Source of the DNA: Promethearchaeota archaeon
GTDB taxonomy: Archaea; Asgardarchaeota; Lokiarchaeia; Sigyniarchaeales; SOKP01
NCBI GenBank assembly: GCA_016839765.1
Contig: JAEOTP010000015.1
Coordinates: 15,978 to 79,977 of the forward strand
Length of the DNA stretch: 64,000 nucleotides
Direction: 5' to 3'
Translations under genes and position numbers: made by a program
Part shown: one piece after another, positions 47,149-56,400 of the stretch
Numbering within the stretch: position 1 is the stretch's first letter
How the letters are laid out: every line of letters begins with the position of its first letter
Notes under the pieces: model-generated
The model's input: the letters and a program-made list of their open reading frames with translations, nothing else
Databases searched by the model: none
Told to the model about the DNA's origin: nothing

Positions 47149-48333
47149 GTGTATATAATTAAAATAGAGTATGCAAATCGATTAGGGAGATTGCCTAAAT
47201 ATATTTTTGCTGCTATTGAAGAGCTAAAAGAACAGAAAAAAAAAGAAGGAATGGATTTAATTTCTCTCGGTATAGGAGATCCTGATTTACCAACTCCAAA
47301 TGTAATTATTGAAGAATTAATTAAACAAGTTAAATTACCTGAAAACCAAAATTATCCCTCCAGTATGGGTGAGCAAGAATTTAGAGAGGCAATAGCAAAA
47401 TGGAATAAAATAAGATATGGAATAAATTTAAACCCCTCTACAGAAGTTTCTCATGTCTTGGGAGGTAAAGAAGGAGTAGCAAACATTGCAAGAGCTTTTA
47501 TTAACCCAGGAGATCTCGTATTATGCCCTAATCCTGGATATCCTGTTTATGAAAATGGTGCTACAAAATTATGCGATGGAGAGCCATATTTAATGCCATT
47601 AAAAAAAGAAAATAATTTCTTACCAGAAATTGAAGCAATTGATAAAGAAGTCCTTAAGAAAGCTAAATTGATATATTTAAATTACCCTAATAATCCTACT
47701 GGTGCGATAGTTCCTAGAGATTATTTAAAAAAAATGATTGATTTTGCTGAAGATTATAATTTTATCATAGTTTATGACAATCCATATTCAGAATTCACCT
47801 ATGGTAATTATATTGCCCCCTCTATATTGCAATTTAGTTTAGATCACGTAGAAATCAACAGCGCATCCAAAATGTTTAATATGACAGGTTTTCGATGCGG
47901 TTGGATAGCTGGAAATGCTGAAATAATTGAGGGCCTAAGAAAAGTTAAATCTCAAATTGATTCAGGGGGTTCAATTTTTATTCAAAAAGCACTAATTAAG
48001 GGTCTCAATGAATATACTTCGCAAAAAAAACCAGAAATAGTCGCAGAAACTATGCGAATTTATGAAAAAAGGCGAGATGTATTAGTTAATGGTTTAAATA
48101 AAATGGGGTGGAAAACTGAGAAACCAAAAGCAACTTTTTATATCTGGACTCAAATTCCCGAGGGGGAAGAAAATAGTATGGAATTCACTAAAAAACTAAT
48201 AAATGTGGGCGTTATTATCACACCTGGTATTGGATTTGGAAGATATGGAGAGAGATTTGTTAGATTTGCATTAACAAAATCTGTCGAAAGAATAAATGAA
48301 GCTTTAGAAAGGATTGAAAAAATAATTAATTAA
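47149..48333 (+). CDS. Class I/II PLP-dependent aminotransferase (AspC / LL-diaminopimelate aminotransferase-like)
   Basis: 'ISLGIGDPDLPTP', 'YPNNPTG' and 'NSASKMFNMTGFRCGW' (PLP lysine). GTG start. Confidence 0.85.
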   Translation: MYIIKIEYANRLGRLPKYIFAAIEELKEQKKKEGMDLISLGIGDPDLPTPNVIIEELIKQVKLPENQNYPSSMGEQEFREAIAKWNKIRYGINLNPSTEVSHVLGGKEGVANIARAFINPGDLVLCPNPGYPVYENGATKLCDGEPYLMPLKKENNFLPEIEAIDKEVLKKAKLIYLNYPNNPTGAIVPRDYLKKMIDFAEDYNFIIVYDNPYSEFTYGNYIAPSILQFSLDHVEINSASKMFNMTGFRCGWIAGNAEIIEGLRKVKSQIDSGGSIFIQKALIKGLNEYTSQKKPEIVAETMRIYEKRRDVLVNGLNKMGWKTEKPKATFYIWTQIPEGEENSMEFTKKLINVGVIITPGIGFGRYGERFVRFALTKSVERINEALERIEKIIN

Positions 48334-48355
48334 AAAAGAAAGATTATATAATTAC

Positions 48356-48580
48356 CTATTTTGAATTTTTTCCATATTTACGCCAAAGATACCCCATCTT
48401 TCTCTGATCTTCGCTTTCTATTTTGCCTTGCGGAGAATTAGAGTAATCTAAAACCATTATAACAGGGGCTTTATCTGAATCCCAATCTTTATAATAATCT
48501 AATATCATTTCAGGATCTAGGTTCTCTGCTAATTTTTTTTTCGTTTTTTTCCACCTCTTTTTTATTAATTGAGTTATCAC
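48356..48580 (-). CDS. Hypothetical small protein (weak call)
   Basis: 74-aa ORF with a GTG start. An internal ATG would give about 50 aa. No motif. Confidence 0.3.
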   Translation of the reverse strand: MITQLIKKRWKKTKKKLAENLDPEMILDYYKDWDSDKAPVIMVLDYSNSPQGKIESEDQRKMGYLWRKYGKNSK

Positions 48581-48637
48581 GCAGAGGAATCAATCCTTAA
48601 CCTACCATTTTCTTAAAATTTCATGGAATATTATGTT

Positions 48638-48760
48638 GAGAGAACAAATCCCTAAAAGTTAAAAGAAAAGGGTAAGAAGAAGGATTTATTCTCTCTTCAT
48701 AATACTACAACTGGGATAAAAGCTCTCTTATAGCCTTCCCGTGGTAATGTAGTATTATGA
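48638..48760. other. Two adjacent long hairpins in a divergent intergenic region (candidate structured RNA or protein-binding dyads)
   Basis: Hairpin 1: 48638-51 GAGAGAACAAATCC pairs with 48682-95 GGATTTATTCTCTC (13 bp plus 1 mismatch). Hairpin 2: 48697-709 TCATAATACTACA pairs with 48748-60 TGTAGTATTATGA (13 bp, perfect), with an inner GGGA/UCCC helix. Confidence 0.3.
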
Positions 48761-48939
48761 TGTGAAAATACCATTTTTAGTATGATAGATTGTTATTAAA
48801 AATAACAGGCGTAAACTTATAAATTTACCCATTTCATTCCCATTTGTCAAGATATTAGGGCTCATAGTTTCTCTATTTTTGTCAAAACAATTATAAAGTA
48901 ATTCTTTAAGGTAGTTATTATTTAAAATCATGATAATTT

Positions 48940-50259
48940 ATGAAGAAAAAAATAGTTCTAATAGGAGCTGGTTCAACTTCTTTTGGGCCTTCAATGTTTA
49001 CCGATTTATATTTAAGCAAAATTTTAGATGGTTCTACAATAATACTCCATGATATTGATAAAGAAAAATTAGAAATCATATATGAATTACTTACGATTGA
49101 AAATGAAGTGAGGAATAATAAATTCATAATTGAACGTACAAAGAATAGAAGAAAAGCTTTAAAGGATGCAGATTTCATAATTAATTCTATTGAAGTTGGT
49201 AATCGAATAGAACTTTGGAGGCAAGATTATAAAATACCTAGAAATTATGGCTCTACACAAGTTTTAGGAGAGAATGGGGGTCCAGGGGGCATGTTTCACT
49301 CATTTAGAGTAATTCCTCCAATTATTGAGATTGTAAAGGATGTAGAAAAAATCTGTCCAAATGCATTTTTCATTAATTTTTCTAATCCAATGTCCAGAGT
49401 ATGTTTAGCTATTAAAAGGAGTACTAATCTCAATTTTATAGGACTTTGTCACGAAATCCATTCTCTTGAACATCATATTCCACTCATATTTAATAATAAG
49501 CTTGGAGATATTAGAATGATTGTTGCAGGATTAAATCATTTTGGTTTCTTATTATCTCTTGAAGACTTAAATTCTGGTAAGAATTTATTGCCAAAATTTA
49601 ATGCTAAAGCTATGGATTACTTTAAAAACCATGAAGATCGATTTGAATTTTCAGAGCTAACATTTAAAGTATTTGAAAAATTTGGATATTTTCCCCACGC
49701 AGGTGATAATCATATGGGTGAATATCTCCAATTTGCTGAAGAATTTACAAAAAAACAAGATATGATTGATTGGATTGACCGAACTGATGATGAAAATCAG
49801 GGTATTTATCAGCGAGTATTGAGATATTACAAGCGACTTATAAAAGGAAGATATCCGAAAAAAGGGATGCTATCTCGAAGCCCATCTGGAGAAAGAGCTA
49901 TACCCATAATAGAAGCTTTATTAACGGATGCAAATTCTTATGAAAATTCAGTTAATATTCCAAATGACGCCCTTATTGAAAATTTGCCGCGAGACTTAGT
50001 TATTGAAGTACCTGTACGGGTTGACAAAAATGGAGTTCATGGTATTAAAATAGGTTCAATGCCAAGAAATATTGCGGCATTATTGCGCATAGAGGCTACG
50101 ATTCAAGATCTATGTGTTGAAGCTATATTGCAAAAATCACGAGATTTAGCAATTACCGCCTTAGCGCTAGATCCTAATGTAGGTAGTTTCAAAAGAGCAG
50201 AAAAAATTTTTGAAGAAATGACAGAGCTTCAAAAAGATTACTTACCTACTTTCAAATGA
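48940..50259 (+). CDS. Glycoside hydrolase family 4 (NAD+/Mn2+-dependent glycosidase)
   Basis: N-terminal 'KIVLIGAGSTSFGP' Rossmann motif, 'FINFSNPM', 'GLCHE' and 'GLNHFG' are typical GH4 segments. Confidence 0.75.
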   Translation: MKKKIVLIGAGSTSFGPSMFTDLYLSKILDGSTIILHDIDKEKLEIIYELLTIENEVRNNKFIIERTKNRRKALKDADFIINSIEVGNRIELWRQDYKIPRNYGSTQVLGENGGPGGMFHSFRVIPPIIEIVKDVEKICPNAFFINFSNPMSRVCLAIKRSTNLNFIGLCHEIHSLEHHIPLIFNNKLGDIRMIVAGLNHFGFLLSLEDLNSGKNLLPKFNAKAMDYFKNHEDRFEFSELTFKVFEKFGYFPHAGDNHMGEYLQFAEEFTKKQDMIDWIDRTDDENQGIYQRVLRYYKRLIKGRYPKKGMLSRSPSGERAIPIIEALLTDANSYENSVNIPNDALIENLPRDLVIEVPVRVDKNGVHGIKIGSMPRNIAALLRIEATIQDLCVEAILQKSRDLAITALALDPNVGSFKRAEKIFEEMTELQKDYLPTFK

Positions 50260-50274
50260 ATGACTAAAATTCAT

Positions 50275-50299
50275 ATTTCTATTTTTTCAAAATAGAAAT
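50275..50299 (+). terminator. Perfect 11-bp hairpin (ATTTCTATTTT-ttc-AAAATAGAAAT) 16 nt after the GH4 stop, followed by TTT
   Basis: Read directly. Its position suggests a 3'-end structure. Confidence 0.35.
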
Positions 50300-50470
50300 T
50301 TTATTAAAACGATTATAGGGAATTTAGGAAAAATAGTAGTAAATTATATATTTTAGTTGTAAAAATGTATGAATTACTAGCAAAATTGTATGAAATATTT
50401 ATAAGACAAATTTATATTAATATATACTTAAAGGTATTAATATATTAAGTGATTTGACTTTTATTAGCTC

Positions 50471-53400
50471 ATGGAATCCAAAAATATTAAAAAATCTAGT
50501 GAAAGAATTGAAAAAGCTACCACATTTCTCACAAGGTTGTGGTGGTTTTTTCTTTTTCTAATCGGGATTCCTTTAGTAATTGCTACTGTTAGCTATTTTA
50601 TTATCCAATATATCATAAAAGATGTTTATTTTTCTATAGGGCTTGCTGTAATTGTATATATGTTTTCAATTTTCTTTTTCTATAAAAGTTTTGACCAATA
50701 TCGAAAAAAACCTCTTTTTATTAACAATCAAAACAACCTTTCTGCCAGAATTCACATACTTTTTATAGTTAGCATCCTATCTTTAGTGGTTACCCCTATT
50801 TTCATTTTGGTTGCACCGCAGGGATACTATTTTGAATTATTTCCTTTAATTTCGTTCTGCCTTTTATATAACATTATTTATTACTATTATTACTTTCAAC
50901 CTGTAGAATATTTTGATGTATCTGAATCAAGATTCAAGCGTAAACTTAGTTTCAAATCAACTTTAAAACAATTTCATAATATAGTGATTTTGATAAATTT
51001 CATTATCCATGTATTTTTTTTGATTTATACTTATTATACTAAGTTATTATGGCTAATATTGGTAACTTTAGTTACCAATATATTTTTTTATATCTTTACC
51101 CTACTATCTACAATTAAGCTAAAGAAAAAGATAAGGGATGCTATCGAGAAAGGAGTACTATTTCAAGAATATATAATCAAATTTAAGCAAAAATTTTCTG
51201 TATCAATTATCAGTCTTTCTTTTTTATTATTAATACAATTACCATTTGATATCCTTCTTTTTAATACTTTATCTGGTGTTGTTTATACCAATTTAGATTA
51301 TATATTATTTGCGTTTGGAGCTATAATTTTCATTTTCTTATATTTAAAACTAAGGATTTATATTTCAATACATTACAAAAGAAATCTATTGATATTAAAT
51401 GGGAATAAATTAAATAATTCAAATCAAGAACCTTCAGATTTCTTAATTAAATATCAGAAATGGAACATGATATTATCAATATTTTTCATTGTCTTTACCT
51501 CTTTATTTTCTTTAGGAATTAATTTCCCAATTATAATTGTAATCAGCATTCCAGTAATCATTATTTCTACTTATTTTGAGCAAAAAGCAAATTATTGCCC
51601 AAAGAAATATAGTCGATATGTATATCTTTTAAGTAGTGTAATATTATTGGGATTTGGTATTTTTTGGATTTTACCCTCCTTTTTCGATACTCTGAGTTTA
51701 GAGATTCAATTAATTATATTTCTTGTGAGTTTCTATTTGGATTTACAAATTTTTATTCAATATGACTATTTTGATAGGAATAAAATTATATTTATACAAC
51801 ACCTATTAGCTTTTACTTGTTTCTTAGTAATTACTTACTCATTTTATCCAATTATTTCATCAATTTATTTTGATTTTCTTATTGAACCCTTATTGATTAA
51901 TATCGTCAATATCCTTTTCTATGCATTATTATCTCTCTTAGCATTATTAGGAACATTCTATTATTTATATTTTCGATATTTTAGGAAAAACCAATGGAAG
52001 AGTTTCAATCTAATTTTAAATATCACTATAATCTCTATTGAAATCCTTTTATTTGCTCTTATAAGTTTGAAGATTTTCATTTCTATGGATGTGATTGCAT
52101 TTATTAACTATGTTTTAGTTTTTACTATTCTTTTACCATTAATTTTTGATTTATTTATCGGATTTAACTATATTCTTGGAATAAATACTGCTAAAAAAAG
52201 CTTCAAACAATTATATTCTTCTAGTTGGATTTTAGTTTTAATGATTTTTACTTTTATTTTTTACTTTACTTTTAATAATTTTATATTCCTAATTGCTGAT
52301 TTATTATATCTCTCTGCTCTTTCTCAGATTTTATTAAAATTTGGAGAAGAAATTGACCAAATTTCTCACGAAACTTTTAGTAAGGTTATGAAATTTAATT
52401 CCGTTTTTATTATTATAGAGATTTCTTGCTTAATTTTTTCAATATCGTATATAAATTTCGCTTTTATCGGAATTATCAATAATATTTTACTCTCTTGCTA
52501 TATTACATTGATTTTTAATGCATTTTTGTGTAATATTCTAAAAGAAAAACTGTTTTCAAAATCAATAGTAGTATTAATTAATGAAATTTGTTTATTATTT
52601 ACTACAGGACTCACTTTTTATTATCTATATCAATATACTTTCGGATCTTATTATATTTATGTTCTACCAATCCTGTTTTCCAGCCTTTTCTTTTTCCTCC
52701 CAATATATTATACCAAATCCTTAAAAAAGTATCCAAATTTGATAAAAAATATTACCACCGTAGCCAGTATAGTATTTTCTATTTCTTTATCCCTCATACC
52801 CACAATCTTGAGCTTGGAATTTGTAAGATTAGGTAAATATGTTGATTTAATTACCATTTTCAATTTAACAGCTTTCATTATTTATGGAATTTTACTTTTT
52901 ATTATAGCTTTCTCGCGCAAGCTGAAAATTAGGGAAAAAAGAATAAAATTAGTATTAATAATACAGATATTAATCGAATTTATTTTGGCAGTAACAGCAG
53001 TATTTTATTACGTGAGTATTGCTTTAAAGGGTACCCTTTTTGAGTATTCAGTTCCTTTAGTAGCCACCTCAGCATTTCTTTTTATTCCTTTTATATTCTT
53101 ATATAAAAAGCAATTTATTGGTATCAAAATAAATAAATTGCTTCTTTTTTCTAATTTTATTTTTCTCTGGGGTAGTATAATATCAATTCCATCCATTTAT
53201 AGTATAGAATTTTTCAGATTGGGTAATTATTTGGAATTTTACTATATGTTAATAATAATTATCGTATTATTCTATGGATTTTTGAAATTTTTATATCCTT
53301 TATCTAAATACATCGAAATTAAAGATAAATTTAATTATATAATATACACATTACAAATTTTCACTTGGTTTATTATTACTATTGCTATTTCTTTAATTAT

Positions 53401-56400
53401 TCCTTTTAACTTTTTAATCCAATCGCTTAATTGGTTAAATACTTTAGTAGTATGCAGTACATTTTTATTATTTTTTGGATTAAATATTATTAATCTCCCT
53501 CAGATAGAAAATTTCAAACAGATAGTTTTTGAAAATAAAAAAAGCAAGTTAGATTTTTATAAAATTTATAAAATTTATGAATATTACAAAAATATAATAT
53601 ATTTTGGGTTAATTTTCTCAGTTTCTTCCTTAATATATTCATTAATTCAATCTTTGAATTTACCCTACCTAATTTTTCAGTCTAGCAATAGTTTGATGAC
53701 AATTTCTTTTGATTTAGGTATTTTTTCAGGTATTTCTCTAATTATATTTCATCTGAGTAATTTACTTATTGAAATTGAATTTAGGAAAACAAAAGAAATA
53801 ATTGAAACACTTTTATGGTTAGCTATAAAATTCAATCTACTATTAATTATATCATTATTCCCTTTTCAGATCTCAATTATTAATAGGATTTTTTTAATAA
53901 TTTTAATATTTACCGTATTAAGTCCAATTACGATTAAATTTTTTAGAAATCACTTTATCATTTTAGAAGAAACTTATTTAAACACTAAAAAAATTATAGG
54001 AATCTTATTTTTTATTTCATTATTAGGTTTTTTTCTTGATTTTTTGTGGAATATTTATATAAGTGTACCATATTTTTGGAGTAATACTTATGTTTTACTT
54101 TCTCTAATCATTAGTATAGCTTTATTATTTTCTAACTATTATTTTTCAGTTTTTAATGATTATATCGAGAAAAAATCTGAGCTTAATATTTATGGACTCT
54201 ACTTTCAATCTTTTCTAATTTTTATAATTTTATTATTCATGAATATAGGCCCCTCTTTAGTTCTTTTAGTGATCATTTTTATAATCCTCTATCGGAAAAG
54301 GATTAGGAATATATACTTACGTTTAGTCAACTACCTGGTAGGTAGCTATGTGTGTTTGATAGTAGTGAATATATTTATAATTAGTTTCGATCTACTATCT
54401 ACATTTATATATATTCATCCTGGATTTTATGTATGTGTTTATATATTATCATTTATTTTAATATTATTCATATCAATTATTCTAAATATCAAGAAGATCA
54501 ATGTTTTAGAAGAATATTTATTAGATTTATTAATTCCTAGTTTAATTTTTACGTCAATATTAATTTTTAATCTCATTCCTCTTTTTTATAATATAACAGT
54601 TTCTGTTGCAATTCTCTTACTTTTATTAAGTATCTTCTTTTATCGTCAAGAAGATAAAAGGTATATATGGTTTATTCGCCCTTGTGCCTTATTATTTTTA
54701 TTTGACCTAATAAGTATTAGCTCTTATTTCATAATATTTAGCTTACCTCTTTATTATGAATACAATCTGATTCTAAGCTCTACACTTACCTTTAGCATAA
54801 TAGGTTTTTGTTTTGCCTTGTTTTTTCATGATTTACGAGGTAAACTAAAAAGGAGATTAATTTCCATTATTCTTATATTAAGTGTAGCTAGTTCTTTCAC
54901 ATTTTCTTATCTTCTCTTAAAAATTTCGTTCTCTCTCACTCTATCTGATATTTATCCATGGATTATTGCTGGAAATATTGCTATTATTCTTTCATATATT
55001 GCCATTGGAATTTATCAATGGAAAATATCATGGGCAATTTGGAAAGCAGGCTATTGGATTTGGATATTTACCCCTATAATTAATTATTTAATAATTGCTG
55101 AATCTTTTACTGAAATTAATATCTATACCAATGCTCTGAATTTTTTTGGGATACCTATTTATGGCTCACATTTGATTGCTTTTGTTATTTGTTTATTAAT
55201 ATCTTTACCTTTCTGGTATACTTGGATAAAAGAACATTTTAACCAAGTCTTATTTATCATTTGGGGATTAAGTTTATTTTTGATCTATTGGTTTAGTCAA
55301 AATGCATTTTTTGGATCTACCTTTTTAATTAATTTATCATTTGTAGGAATATCTATAATCTTTTTAATGCCTATTTTTTATAGGTTAAGACTCTGGAAAA
55401 TACTTTCGATTTTGTGGCTAGCTTTTACTAGTATTTTAACAATTTTCGTTTCCTATCTATTTTTAGAAACTAAATTGGGATTAGACATGATCATATCAAT
55501 GGATTTAATTCTAATCGGATTTCTATTTATAATTTTCTCTTTCTTTCCAAATATAAGGGCATTAAAAAATATTGTACTAATTATCGCTTATTCTATCGCA
55601 ATAACTGGTATCTTTCTAACAATATTGAATTTAATTTTTTCAATTACTTACAACCTGCCTGTGTCAATCAATATGTCTTTCATTATAATAGCATTTAGTC
55701 TATTTACTTCTCGAATATTGAAATTAAATCGAAAATTATTCAATTTTTTAATTTCTACAATTTTAACTATTAACTTTTCACTTTTAACATTCTTTACTTT
55801 TAGTTTAATTCCAAATTTTGAGCTATTCGCTCTATTTTTCGCTATAAGCGTTTGTGGAGGCTCCCTTCTAATATTTAATCGCTATAGGATGATTTCCCCT
55901 ATTAAAAAGATTATACCATTAATGATTCTTTCTACTGGTGTTGCATTAACATTGTCTTCCTTAATTTATATTTTTATACCGAATTCCTTTTTTATTGTAT
56001 CTGCCACATTTATTGCTGTAATTCTATTATTAAATTACCCTACTTTAGAGTATATTCGCCATATATTATTGTATTTAGTTCCAATACCTTTCTGTTTGGT
56101 TATTTTACACTTTTTGTCATTAATAGGACTATTTCAACCATTATTAAATTTAATTTTAATTGGATTGATTTTATATACCTCAATTTTTCAAATTTTTACT
56201 TATTTGAAATATGGTACGGTTAAGATAGTTAATCTTTTGTCTTTTATATTGAATTCAACCTATCTTTCATTATTAATTACAATTCTTAGTCCTGTTACGA
56301 TTTTATATCAAATTCTCGAATTTTGTATAATTTGGTCAATTTTAATAATATTTTGTATTAACTATCTTGAAAGGGCAGGTCAGGAACTTGTTAAAGAAAA

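Noticed and set aside
48638-48760. Classifying the tandem hairpins as an H/ACA or C/D box sRNA
   Set aside because: The lower stems (13-14 bp) are too long and the internal loop is too asymmetric (3 vs 7 nt) for an H/ACA pocket. No ACA follows the plus-strand hairpins directly. 'AUGAUGU' at 48756-62 has no matching D box (CUGA) at a suitable distance.
52588-53196. ORFs 52588..52836(+) and 53008..53196(-) inside the giant gene; also 21166..21396(+), 22497..22679(-), 25441..25671(-), 28653..28859(-), 35041..35229(+), 42445..42630(-), 44929..45213(+), 48918..49178(-), 61341..61532(-), 63240..63620(+), 63548..63772(-)
   Set aside because: All overlap better-supported genes in another frame or strand and show no motifs.
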